From a virus (lineage: Duplodnaviria > Caudoviricetes), in IMG/VR virus record IMGVR_UViG_3300027278_000003: a stretch of 64,000 nucleotides of DNA. One strand, written 5' to 3'. The position numbers were made by a program, and so were the translations under genes. Numbering within the stretch: the stretch's first letter is position 1; the number at the start of each line of letters is the position of its first letter. Under the pieces are notes generated by a model that saw nothing but the letters and a program-made list of their open reading frames with translations, ran no database searches and was not told where the DNA came from. Shown here one piece after another: positions 48,090 through 57,618 of this stretch.

Positions 48090-48958
48090 AACTAAGATAT
48101 TCAGAAGCATTCTATTCGCTGCAAGGTGAAGGACAGTACGTTGGGGTTCCCAGCGTATTTCTTCGCACCTTCGGATGTAACTTTCGATGTCAGAACTTTG
48201 GGTTGCCACGCGGACGAGAAAAAACACACTACAACCCAGAGGTTGAAGAACTACTAAATACTGGCATCTTGGATCGTGTTACTAAGTTTGAAGAACTACC
48301 AATCATTCATACTGGCTGTGACACGTATGCAAGCATCTACCCAGAATTTAGACACCTTGTTATGGATAAGACGATTGATGAAGTTGTCGAACAACTACTC
48401 AGTCTAACACCTGAAGGTAAGTGGATCCAAGATAACGGACAAGATGTTCATCTAATTCTAACTGGCGGTGAACCTCTACTTGCTTGGCAGAAACTTTACA
48501 TCGAACTATTCGAACATCCGAAAATGAAGGACTTGAAAAATGTCACATTCGAAACAAACTCCACACAGTTTCTACATGAAAGTCTACGAACTTACATTGG
48601 AAACCAAAAGAGAATTAAATTCACATTTTCATGCTCGCCTAAACTCTCCGTTTCTGGAGAACGTTGGGAAGACGCTATTAGACCTGATGTCGTACACAAT
48701 TATATCACTACTTTGGGTACTAATCTGTATCTCAAATTTGTTGTCTCTGATCGTACAGACGTGGAGGAAGTTGATCGCGCTGTTGCAGAATATCGCAGTC
48801 ATGGCATCGATTGTCCGGTTTATCTTATGCCAATGGGCGGGCGCAGTGAAGGATATGATATCACAGTCCAAGAGGTCGCAAACATCTGTATGCAAAAAGG
48901 ATACAGATTTACACCAAGACTCCACATATCTCTATTCGGGAACGCCTGGGGGACTTGA
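48086..48958 (+). CDS. queE: 7-carboxy-7-deazaguanine synthase (radical SAM)
   Basis: EAFYSLQGEG, FLRTFGCNFRC...GCDT, LTGGEP, FETN and PRLH motifs. Confidence 0.92.
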   Translation: MKLRYSEAFYSLQGEGQYVGVPSVFLRTFGCNFRCQNFGLPRGREKTHYNPEVEELLNTGILDRVTKFEELPIIHTGCDTYASIYPEFRHLVMDKTIDEVVEQLLSLTPEGKWIQDNGQDVHLILTGGEPLLAWQKLYIELFEHPKMKDLKNVTFETNSTQFLHESLRTYIGNQKRIKFTFSCSPKLSVSGERWEDAIRPDVVHNYITTLGTNLYLKFVVSDRTDVEEVDRAVAEYRSHGIDCPVYLMPMGGRSEGYDITVQEVANICMQKGYRFTPRLHISLFGNAWGT

Positions 48959-49028
48959 TAAGAATAAACGATATCTCCGTGGTGTACACACAGAAGAACA
49001 ATATAACAATATAAGGAAGCAGTTATAA

Positions 49029-50108
49029 ATGAACAACTATATTTTTACTAGCGAAAGTGTTAGCGATGGACACCCTGATAAGGTTGCAGACCAAATCAGT
49101 GATGCCCTAGTTGATGCTGGGTTGAAGAATGGGGACGAGACTACTCGCGTTGCCATCGAAACACTTGTAACTACCAATCACGTAACGTTGGCGGGCGAAG
49201 TAAAAAACTTTAATGTATCGAAAGAAGAAGTTAAAGAAATCGTCCGAAATAAAGTTCGTGAGATTGGTTATGAACAAGAAGGATTTCATTGGGAAAATCT
49301 AAACATCTACAATGAAATTCACTCACAAAGCGCAGACATTGCACTTGGAACTGACGACTTCGGTGCAGGGGATCAGGGTATTATGTTTGGTTACGCCACC
49401 AATGAAACGCCAACACTAATGCCTGCGCCTATCTATTATTCACATGAAATTCTAAAAGAACTAAAAAATCATCGTGGTGCTATTTTAGGCCCGGATGCAA
49501 AGTCTCAAGTGTCGGTACAATACGAAGGCGGGCGTGTCAAGCGTATTGACCAGATTGTTGTGTCTACACAACACACTGAAGGTAATGTAGAAGCAGCGCG
49601 TGAACTTTCAAGACTTGCAGCGCAAAACGTACTCGGTGATTTGATTGATGATAAAACTATATGGCATCTTAATCCAACTGGTAATTTTGTCATTGGTGGT
49701 CCGGATGGTGACGCTGGTGTCACTGGACGTAAAATCATCGTTGATACATATGGTGGTATGGCACCTCACGGTGGCGGTGCGTTCTCTGGTAAAGACCCAA
49801 CCAAGGTTGATCGCAGTGCAGCGTACATGGCACGTTGGCTTGCAAAGAATGTGGTAGCGGATAACATGGCTGATTGGTGCAAAATCCAATTGAGTTATGC
49901 TATCGGTGTTAAGGAACCAACATCAATCTATGTTGAATCGAATGGTCACGACCGTAGTATTATGGAATTCATTGAACGTGAAATCGACTTGACACCACTT
50001 GGTATTATTCGTCGCTTTGATATGTATAACTTCCACGAATACAGTAAGAATTGTGTTTACGGGCACTTCGGTGATAAGGACGTTCCATGGGAACGCATTG
50101 GTTGGTAA
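49029..50108 (+). CDS. metK: S-adenosylmethionine synthetase
   Basis: FTSESV.DGHPDK, GAGDQG, GP.GDAG.TGRKIIVDTYGG and GKDPTKVDRSAAY motifs. Confidence 0.97.
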   Translation: MNNYIFTSESVSDGHPDKVADQISDALVDAGLKNGDETTRVAIETLVTTNHVTLAGEVKNFNVSKEEVKEIVRNKVREIGYEQEGFHWENLNIYNEIHSQSADIALGTDDFGAGDQGIMFGYATNETPTLMPAPIYYSHEILKELKNHRGAILGPDAKSQVSVQYEGGRVKRIDQIVVSTQHTEGNVEAARELSRLAAQNVLGDLIDDKTIWHLNPTGNFVIGGPDGDAGVTGRKIIVDTYGGMAPHGGGAFSGKDPTKVDRSAAYMARWLAKNVVADNMADWCKIQLSYAIGVKEPTSIYVESNGHDRSIMEFIEREIDLTPLGIIRRFDMYNFHEYSKNCVYGHFGDKDVPWERIGW

Positions 50109-50109
50109 C

Positions 50110-50625
50110 ATGCTAGGCTATTTTCTAAATCCTAAGAATTGGTTTCTGTCCGATAAAGAGAAACAAATTGCTAAATTGAACTACGCGCTTTCAGGTGAAG
50201 AACTTGAACGCGCACTAGTTCGTCTTGAAGATCCCGAAAGCCGGGACTTCAAGATTGGCATGTTGAACATTGATATAAAATATAACTATATCAATCAAGG
50301 TGCATACGACAAAGCAGTAGCGACATTGGATAACGAACCATACGTTAAAGTATTGAGCATTGACTTGGACCCAAAAACACCGGGTGCTGGCTACTTTGAA
50401 CTAGACTTCAACGAACAGTTTGTTGAGTATCTAGCAAACAGTGGGTATGAAGGTACTGAACCAGAACAGATCGTTGACAACTGGTTCAGCGACTTATGTA
50501 GAAACATCGTTCTTGCTGATCTACAAGACGAAAACGGTGAACCAAAAAGTTATATGGTAGACAGCAAAGAAGGTCAAATTATTCAACGCTTAAAAATGGA
50601 CGACGACCGTGCAGAATATTCTTGA
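50110..50625 (+). CDS. Conserved phage hypothetical protein
   Basis: ATG 50110 just after the metK stop; the track start lies inside metK. Confidence 0.55.
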   Translation: MLGYFLNPKNWFLSDKEKQIAKLNYALSGEELERALVRLEDPESRDFKIGMLNIDIKYNYINQGAYDKAVATLDNEPYVKVLSIDLDPKTPGAGYFELDFNEQFVEYLANSGYEGTEPEQIVDNWFSDLCRNIVLADLQDENGEPKSYMVDSKEGQIIQRLKMDDDRAEYS

Positions 50626-50677
50626 CATAGTATCGTATACATGTTAAAGTATTTTCAACACAACTAAAGAGGAAACT

Positions 50678-51679
50678 ATGGCTACATTTATTCTTGTTGA
50701 TAGCTTCAACATGTATCATCGCGCCAAACACGTGGCAATGCGCGGCACTGATATCGACACAAAGATTGGACTTGCATTTCACATTATGATGTCTAGCGTC
50801 AAAATGTGTTATCAAAAGTTCAATGCCGATCACGCGGTATTTTGTCTTGAAGGTCGTAGTTGGCGCAAAGACTATTACAAGCCATATAAGGCACAGCGCA
50901 AAGCCGCACAAGAAGCCAAGAGTATTCGTGAACAAGAAGAAGACAAGATTATGTTTGAAGCATATGATGATCTTATACAATTCTTGGACAAGAAAACTAA
51001 CGTCACCCTTCTACAGAATAAAAATGCAGAAGCGGACGACATGATTGCGCTATTCATTGCTTCACATCCAAACGATCAACATATTATTGTGTCAAGTGAC
51101 AGTGACTATCAACAGCTACTTGCTCCGAATGTTCGTATCTACGATGGTGTACAGAACCGTATCATCACACTTGAAGGTTTCTTTAAGGATGATAAAGACA
51201 TGACTCCAATCAAAGATAAGAAAACTAAAGAGAGACTTGCAGCACCCGATCCACAGTGGCTTCTATTTGAAAAATGTATTCGCGGTGATACTTCTGATAA
51301 CATCTTTTCTGCGTACCCTGGTGCACGTAAGAAGGGAAGTAAAAACAAAGTCGGCATGACAGAAGCATTTGAAGATCGCAAGACAGGCGGCTTCAACTGG
51401 AACAACTTTATGCTACAACGTTGGACTGATCACAATGGTGAAGAACATGTAGTACGGGAAGATTATGAGCGCAATCGAACTCTCATTGACCTAACTGTAC
51501 AACCAGAAGAACTCAAAGTGGCATTCATCGAAACTATTGCAGAAGCAAGCAAACCGAAACGCGTAAATGGCGTTGGTATCAACTTCTTAAAATGGTGCGG
51601 TGCATGGGATTTACAGAACCTAGCGAAAGCACCCGATGAAATGGCAGCTATTCTAAATAAGGCGTACCCACATGAATGA
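50678..51679 (+). CDS. 5'-3' exonuclease / T4 RNase H-like flap nuclease
   Basis: VDSFN, SWRK, EADD, SSDSDY and GDTSDNI motifs. Confidence 0.88.
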   Translation: MATFILVDSFNMYHRAKHVAMRGTDIDTKIGLAFHIMMSSVKMCYQKFNADHAVFCLEGRSWRKDYYKPYKAQRKAAQEAKSIREQEEDKIMFEAYDDLIQFLDKKTNVTLLQNKNAEADDMIALFIASHPNDQHIIVSSDSDYQQLLAPNVRIYDGVQNRIITLEGFFKDDKDMTPIKDKKTKERLAAPDPQWLLFEKCIRGDTSDNIFSAYPGARKKGSKNKVGMTEAFEDRKTGGFNWNNFMLQRWTDHNGEEHVVREDYERNRTLIDLTVQPEELKVAFIETIAEASKPKRVNGVGINFLKWCGAWDLQNLAKAPDEMAAILNKAYPHE

Positions 51680-51899
51680 CGAATATCAAAATCTAGCATC
51701 GCAAATTATTCAATTGCAAGTTGCAACCAATTCTATTTCAGAAACAGTTACAACTCTCGCAGAAGAAATCGTAGAATTAAGAAAAGAACTTGCTGCATTG
51801 AACCAAAGAATTGATTCAGTTCGCAGCACAGTGAGCATAGAAAATCAGGCAATACGGAATTCGCAGAGCCTCAATTTCAGATATAATGACCGTGCATAA
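51672..51899 (+). CDS. Coiled-coil hypothetical protein
   Basis: Heptad pattern; overlapping ORF chain. Confidence 0.45.
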   Translation: MNDEYQNLASQIIQLQVATNSISETVTTLAEEIVELRKELAALNQRIDSVRSTVSIENQAIRNSQSLNFRYNDRA

Positions 51900-52620
51900 A
51901 TTTATCTTTGATGTTGATGGTACCTTGACTCCTAGTAGAGGTACTATCAACGACGAATTCAAAGAATGGCTATTAAACTTTTCTAAAGAGCATGATGTGT
52001 ATCTTGCGACTGGCAGCGATGCACCAAAAACCATTGAACAAGTTGGCGAAGAACTTTTCAATTCTGTTGCAAGATCATATAATTGCAGCGGAAACAGTGT
52101 ATGGGAAAAGGGTGTAAACATATATAATAATGACTGGGAATTACCAGAGCGCCCTTGGAAGTATCTCGAAAGTGTATTGATGCGTTCACAGTTTCGACCA
52201 CGCACAGGTTGGCATTTCGATGTCAGACCGGGCTTAGTGAACTTTTCTATTGTTGGCAGGAAAGCAACACCAGAAGAACGTAAAAAATACGTTGAATGGG
52301 ATACGGCAAACAAAGAACGCTGGTTCATATCAAACGAATTTAATCTCAATTTCTCTAAACAACACAATGTAGAATCACAAGTTGCAGGAGAAACTGGTAT
52401 GGATATTATGCCCATAGGTAAAGGTAAGCAGCAAATCATCAAAGATTTTGATACAAACAATAACATATATTTCTTTGGTGACAAGACGCAACCGGGCGGA
52501 AATGATTATGACATTTCTCAAACAGTTCGCGCACTAGATAAGGGACATGTATATTCCGTCAAATCTTGGGAAGATACGTGGGAATATTTAAAAAACATAT
52601 GTATACAATTGAAATCATAA
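51886..52620 (+). CDS. HAD-family phosphomannomutase (eukaryote PMM2-like)
   Basis: FDVDGTLT, NFSIVGR and FFGDKT..GGND motifs. Confidence 0.82.
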   Translation: MTVHKFIFDVDGTLTPSRGTINDEFKEWLLNFSKEHDVYLATGSDAPKTIEQVGEELFNSVARSYNCSGNSVWEKGVNIYNNDWELPERPWKYLESVLMRSQFRPRTGWHFDVRPGLVNFSIVGRKATPEERKKYVEWDTANKERWFISNEFNLNFSKQHNVESQVAGETGMDIMPIGKGKQQIIKDFDTNNNIYFFGDKTQPGGNDYDISQTVRALDKGHVYSVKSWEDTWEYLKNICIQLKS

Positions 52621-53090
52621 AAGATAAATTTTGGATTGTAGAAGATGCAGGCGTAAAACTTGGTACTATTCGTAGAGCAAGTTCTTCTAACTTTGAGGTA
52701 ATCACTAATGATGCACTGGTAGTCGAGCTACTATCTCTTAGTGCGTTAACTTCAAAGTTTGGAAGTAAAATTCTGGAATCAAAACAAATCAAAAAAATCG
52801 AAGCAGTAGAATATGGAAAAGATTTAGACGAGGTTGAAGGTTATCCTTGCAAACATCGTGCATTCAACAAACGTCTAGAGAACAATATTCCAGTATACAC
52901 GAAAACAGAAAAGAGTAATGTTCTTTATGCAGCAGGTTACTACGGCTTGCACTTCCCTGGTGCGGGTTGGAAAAATGCGTACTGTGTGAAACAAGAAACA
53001 TTAAGCACATACGAATATATAGGACCATTCAAGTCTAAAACTCAACTAGAAGCAGAAATCCTAAAGAGGTCTAAACAAGATGAAGTTTAA
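52599..53090 (+). CDS. Conserved phage hypothetical protein
   Basis: ATG 52599 (MYTIEIIKDKFWIVE). Confidence 0.55.
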   Translation: MYTIEIIKDKFWIVEDAGVKLGTIRRASSSNFEVITNDALVVELLSLSALTSKFGSKILESKQIKKIEAVEYGKDLDEVEGYPCKHRAFNKRLENNIPVYTKTEKSNVLYAAGYYGLHFPGAGWKNAYCVKQETLSTYEYIGPFKSKTQLEAEILKRSKQDEV

Positions 53091-53271
53091 AAAGATCAAA
53101 GATTTTTTTGCAACCGTACGCAACTCTACCATCAAAAAAGAACAGCATGTGCGTATCCCAATTGCTGATGCACAAGAGTTGCAAACAGAAATAAGTATGC
53201 TTTTACTTGAATTGAAGGAAGCAGACAAATCATCTACAATCACTATATTTGACGGAGGTAAATTCAAATGA
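53080..53271 (+). CDS. Small hypothetical protein
   Basis: Overlapping ORF chain. Confidence 0.5.
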   Translation: MKFKKIKDFFATVRNSTIKKEQHVRIPIADAQELQTEISMLLLELKEADKSSTITIFDGGKFK

Positions 53272-53552
53272 TTGATTATGGCGCAGTTCTAATCGTAGGA
53301 CATTTTATCATCAGCGCATTCAATGTACCACTTGGTAATCCACTGTATCAGTTCATTCCATATCCAAACATGGAAACATGCCAACAGTATGCACAATATG
53401 AGGCAGTGCCAGATGGATACCCAGTAAGCATTGAATACAAACTATACAAAACAACAGAGTGTATGACGAAAGAAGATTTCCAAGCAGCTATGGCAGCGGC
53501 TCAAGCGCAACAGCAACAAGAACCTGCTCAAAACTGGTGGGAACAAAATTAA
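53268..53552 (+). CDS. Small secreted/hypothetical protein
   Basis: GGAGG RBS; two Cys. Confidence 0.5.
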   Translation: MIDYGAVLIVGHFIISAFNVPLGNPLYQFIPYPNMETCQQYAQYEAVPDGYPVSIEYKLYKTTECMTKEDFQAAMAAAQAQQQQEPAQNWWEQN

Positions 53553-53608
53553 TATTCGTATAAAACTCTAAAAAGCATAAATATAGAATATGCTTAGGAG
53601 AAGACGTT

Positions 53609-54490
53609 ATGTCACTAATTACAAAGGCAATACAGTACGTAAAAATAGCAATTCAATTCATTTATGAATCGATCAAAGGAAACTTCTTAGTTAGACTGAT
53701 ACAAAATATCATTTCTAGTCCAATGAAGATCGTACTAGTAGTACTTGTGATTGTGCTAGGTTGGAATCAAACTCGTATATATTACAATCAATATCTGGAA
53801 ATGTATAAAGAGTTAAATTCCCCGAAAGAAGGTGAAGCCGCAGAGGTTGAAGGCGTAACTTTCACAAAGCTAGGTGACAATTTATATTCACTAACTGGTG
53901 GTATTCAAGATGGAGACTGCAATAAGATAGTCCCACAGATGCCAGAAGCATTTACACTAATACTTGAAAGTCCGGGCGGCAATCTAGCAGAAGGTTCATG
54001 CATCGCAGCACACGTAAAGCTACGCAATGTTGTAACTGTTGTAAGAAATACGCCAGTACTAAACGAGGATGGGGATGTAGTATACACACCGGGTGTCGCA
54101 ACTGCCAAAGTAAACGAAAGTTTCGATGGTAAAGTAATGTGCGCATCTGCATGTGGTCTTATTTTCCTAGGAGGAGACACTCGTTATCTAATAGGTGATG
54201 TTTATTTCGGTATTCACGGACCTGGCACACCAGCGGATCAAATTGTACGTATGCATCCTACACAAGTAGAATCATCAACGCTACGTACCGCAGCAAATCT
54301 ACTAACACTATTACAAGATTTGGGCGTAGAAGATCCAGAAGTTAGAAAACTATTCATTCAAATCCCCAACGCCGCAATGTATTGGTTACAACCAAATGAC
54401 TTTAACATAAAACCAGGTCTAATCAGCATAGCAACACACTATAAGAATTTTTGGGGATATTCAGGCACAAACCTCGAAGGAGGTTTATAA
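53609..54490 (+). CDS. Membrane-anchored periplasmic protein, ClpP/crotonase-like
   Basis: TM segment, ESPGG, CASAC and FGIH motifs; CATAAATA at 53576. Confidence 0.55.
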   Translation: MSLITKAIQYVKIAIQFIYESIKGNFLVRLIQNIISSPMKIVLVVLVIVLGWNQTRIYYNQYLEMYKELNSPKEGEAAEVEGVTFTKLGDNLYSLTGGIQDGDCNKIVPQMPEAFTLILESPGGNLAEGSCIAAHVKLRNVVTVVRNTPVLNEDGDVVYTPGVATAKVNESFDGKVMCASACGLIFLGGDTRYLIGDVYFGIHGPGTPADQIVRMHPTQVESSTLRTAANLLTLLQDLGVEDPEVRKLFIQIPNAAMYWLQPNDFNIKPGLISIATHYKNFWGYSGTNLEGGL

Positions 54491-54509
54491 AGCGAAGGAG
54501 GCCTAAACT

Positions 54510-55538
54510 ATGCTCAAAAGTTTCTTTTTGACAAAAGATAAATTTCTGTATGCTTGGCTAATGTTGGCGTGGTTGCTATTCATAGGTTGGTATTCAGTTC
54601 AAATTCTAGTATACTACAACGCGTGGAACAGAGATTTCTATGACGCAATGCAAACTCTCCAAGAAGAAAAGTTTTGGGATTTGTTTTGGGGATTTAATTT
54701 TGCGAGACTAATAGATTTCGCATCATTGAACATGGATTCTGGAAATCTTGTTCCAAGTTTCTTAGAAATTCTAATCATCTACGTTCCAATTGCGACATAC
54801 TCAACATGGCAAACACAGCGTTACACATTTGCATGGCGTGAAGCTAATACTCATTATTACTTGAAGCGTTGGGAAGCATCAACTGCTACAATCGAAGGTG
54901 GTTCACAGCGTATTCAAGAAGACTTGATGATTTTCGGCAAGACGCTACAGGGTCTATTCACTGGCTTTGTATCGAAGATTTTCGTACTCGCAGCATTCTT
55001 ACCAATTCTATGGAATCTAAGTGAAGGCTTACCAGTGTGGGGCGACAAGATTATCCCAGGCTTCTTAGTATGGATTGCACTTACCCTAAGTATCGGTGGT
55101 ACACTACTTTCATTCTTATTAGGTTTGAAACTCCCAGGATTGGAATATAACAACCAAGTAGTCGAAGCAAAGTTTCGTAAGAAACTAGTACACAGCGAAG
55201 ACGATTTAAATGAGCGTATGACCTCAGACTTGTTCCCAATGTTTGCAGCCGTTAAACGTAACTACTATCGTCTATTCAACTGGTACATGGGCTTTAGCGT
55301 ATGGCAAACAGCGTTCGGTATGCTTGCTGGTAACGTTGCGCTAGTAGTACTAGCAAATAGTTACTTTGCACAGTTAATCACATTTGGTGTTCTTATTCAA
55401 GTTCTAAATGCATTCGGACGAGTAGAAGGTTCACTAACATACTTTATTGATCGTTGGACAACAATCGTTGACTTCCAATCAGTTGTCAAACGTCTACGTG
55501 AATTTAATCGCGTTTTAGATGAAGCGGATAACGTGTAA
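54510..55538 (+). CDS. SbmA/BacA-family peptide transporter
   Basis: NAWNRDFYD, WRE, EGGSQRIQED, YNNQVVEAKFRKKLV and NYYRLF motifs. Confidence 0.85.
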   Translation: MLKSFFLTKDKFLYAWLMLAWLLFIGWYSVQILVYYNAWNRDFYDAMQTLQEEKFWDLFWGFNFARLIDFASLNMDSGNLVPSFLEILIIYVPIATYSTWQTQRYTFAWREANTHYYLKRWEASTATIEGGSQRIQEDLMIFGKTLQGLFTGFVSKIFVLAAFLPILWNLSEGLPVWGDKIIPGFLVWIALTLSIGGTLLSFLLGLKLPGLEYNNQVVEAKFRKKLVHSEDDLNERMTSDLFPMFAAVKRNYYRLFNWYMGFSVWQTAFGMLAGNVALVVLANSYFAQLITFGVLIQVLNAFGRVEGSLTYFIDRWTTIVDFQSVVKRLREFNRVLDEADNV

Positions 55539-55627
55539 TAACTACGTATTAAAATACATATTTGATAAATACTGATAGCGATTGTTAGAAATGACAGTCG
55601 CTATTGATGTAATACGAGGATGACACA

Positions 55628-55930
55628 ATGGCAAGACCCAAACCAATAGTTCTGCTTGAACATACAGATAACAAAAGCTACAGAAGTGAGCAAGTATTGA
55701 AGGCAGAAGCAATTTATGCGGTTTTCTTTGATGGAGAGCCAATCAACCTCCGTAGTTTAAACTCCCTCGTTAACTTCCCAGGACCTAAGTATAAGAAAGT
55801 ATCCTTCAGTAACCCTGGCCATGCAATCAATCTTGCACAGCGACTTAACAAGTTATTTAAGTCAGATAAGTTCGAGGTATATGTTCTCACCCAAGGCGAG
55901 AAGATAGATTTAGACGAGTTTGATGAATAA
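55628..55930 (+). CDS. Conserved phage hypothetical protein
   Basis: GAGGA RBS; GATAAATA at 55564. Confidence 0.6.
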   Translation: MARPKPIVLLEHTDNKSYRSEQVLKAEAIYAVFFDGEPINLRSLNSLVNFPGPKYKKVSFSNPGHAINLAQRLNKLFKSDKFEVYVLTQGEKIDLDEFDE

Positions 55931-56288
55931 ACATGATATCATAAAATATCTAAATGATCACAACACTGGCAAATATGCCGGAAGAAAAGACATTCGAATT
56001 AACGATGTTTTTATCTCCGGCGTAAATGCTGAAAAACATTTCAGAGTTACAGTATTTGGGAAAGATTTACTTTCTAAGCATTTCGATGTTTATAAACTAA
56101 ATCTTTCGTGTAAGCAAGGTAAAGTATCCAATAAACAAGTGCTACAACTTGATCGATACATGTACAGCCCATACTATTTGCACAGTAGTGGAACTCTTTA
56201 TCTTTTCGAACAATCCATAGCAAGTGAATTTATTTTGTTAGATTCAGATTTTGACGCGTGGGTTGACTTAAAAAGTTTCAACGATTGA
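55920..56288 (+). CDS. Hypothetical protein
   Basis: Overlapping ORF chain. Confidence 0.55.
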   Translation: MMNKHDIIKYLNDHNTGKYAGRKDIRINDVFISGVNAEKHFRVTVFGKDLLSKHFDVYKLNLSCKQGKVSNKQVLQLDRYMYSPYYLHSSGTLYLFEQSIASEFILLDSDFDAWVDLKSFND

Positions 56289-57216
56289 TTTCATCTATAA
56301 TATGTTTTGCAACGGTTTCGTTTACCAGAGGTCCCATATGACCACCGTATAGATTTATATCAGGCGGATCCATGTCATATATATCTCTGGCGTACACTTT
56401 ATTGACTATTTCCATCGTAGGTACACCGGCATCAGTTAGCTCTTTTACTAATTGGTCTTTTGTGTGTAATAATGTAAATGCATCTAAGTTGAAAAATTCC
56501 GGATCTAAAATATCAAAAAAATGTATACTATCACCAAATATCGCACTCAATGCATTCTGGTTTATTGCTTTTAGTATACGGTTGTGTGAATTGTCAAGCA
56601 TACGTTCCGGTGTATAGAATTTGTTATATATATGAGAATCATCATCTCCAATTAAAACAGCAGAAGTGAAATGGGTCACATCCTCATATATGTTTTCACC
56701 AACATTCATTTTGTGTAAATGCATGAAACGTTCATAGTATGTCCAAAGTACAATTATTTTCTTTGGTTTTTTATCTGCTAACCACAACGCATTATAGAAT
56801 ATGGCGTCATTACTAGCAGAATTAAATCCCATGTTCACAATATTCTCTCCAGTAAGCGAACCATAATAGCTGGGTATGGTTTCTTCATACTTGTTACCAC
56901 ATCCCTCAACATACGAACACCCCAAGAACACGGTCTTGGTACTCCAATCAAAATCATCATCAAAATCAACTGGATGTCTAAAATTGTAATTGTTATAATG
57001 ATATTCAATAGGTTCAGATAACCATCTCCAATCTCCTATGTTCCTTGATACTAAAAAATCTACATTTTTTTTATATCGTTCAACATCATCAGGTGATGTA
57101 TATGGTATCGGCCCAGGTTCCCACTGATTTAGTGTAACAGCACCATATCTCACAAGAGTATTACCAAATGGCCACGGTTTCTTTATTAGACGTTCGAATT
57201 GATATTTTTCTTTCAT
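56278..57216 (-). CDS. SGNH-hydrolase-like protein
   Basis: FLGCSY, NMGFN.ASN and terminal GGHMGP..N motifs; GGAG RBS on the minus strand. Confidence 0.5.
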   Translation of the reverse strand: MKEKYQFERLIKKPWPFGNTLVRYGAVTLNQWEPGPIPYTSPDDVERYKKNVDFLVSRNIGDWRWLSEPIEYHYNNYNFRHPVDFDDDFDWSTKTVFLGCSYVEGCGNKYEETIPSYYGSLTGENIVNMGFNSASNDAIFYNALWLADKKPKKIIVLWTYYERFMHLHKMNVGENIYEDVTHFTSAVLIGDDDSHIYNKFYTPERMLDNSHNRILKAINQNALSAIFGDSIHFFDILDPEFFNLDAFTLLHTKDQLVKELTDAGVPTMEIVNKVYARDIYDMDPPDINLYGGHMGPLVNETVAKHIIDEINR

Positions 57217-57255
57217 TAAATTTACTCCTACGCCACTATTTAGTTGCGATAAAAC

Positions 57256-57283
57256 TTGACAATACAGCGAATCATGCTATATT
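57256..57283 (+). promoter_or_regulatory. Early sigma70-type promoter
   Basis: TTGACA-N16-TATATT; the same TGCTATATTAATAGAGTA block recurs at 59491. Confidence 0.75.
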
Positions 57284-57312
57284 AATAGAGTAGTCAAGAG
57301 AGAGAAGAAAAC

Positions 57313-57549
57313 ATGACAATTCAAGTTGAAGCCCAAGATTTCGGAATGTTCACTGCTGCTGGTAACGCTGCTGTTACTCGCATCGTTGATAACAACGTCC
57401 GTTTCATCAACACCGTGAATGTTGAACATGCATTCAAACAGATTGAACTTGAACTTGATCGACTTCAAGCTGTCAACGCTTTCAGTGAAGCATATGACAC
57501 CGAAGTTCTTGAGCAAGTTTGGGCTTACTTGAACAAAAAAACTTCTTGA
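57313..57549 (+). CDS. Small early protein
   Basis: Directly under the 57256 promoter; T-ending codon bias. Confidence 0.6.
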   Translation: MTIQVEAQDFGMFTAAGNAAVTRIVDNNVRFINTVNVEHAFKQIELELDRLQAVNAFSEAYDTEVLEQVWAYLNKKTS

Positions 57550-57574
57550 CAGAATCAACGAATCACAGTATAAC
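57546..57574 (+). promoter_or_regulatory. Early sigma70-type promoter
   Basis: TTGACA-N17-TATAAC with an A-rich upstream tract. Confidence 0.75.
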
Positions 57575-57618
57575 AGTTAAGTGATCACAGAGACAAACAG
57601 AAAGAAAGGTTCTCTACA

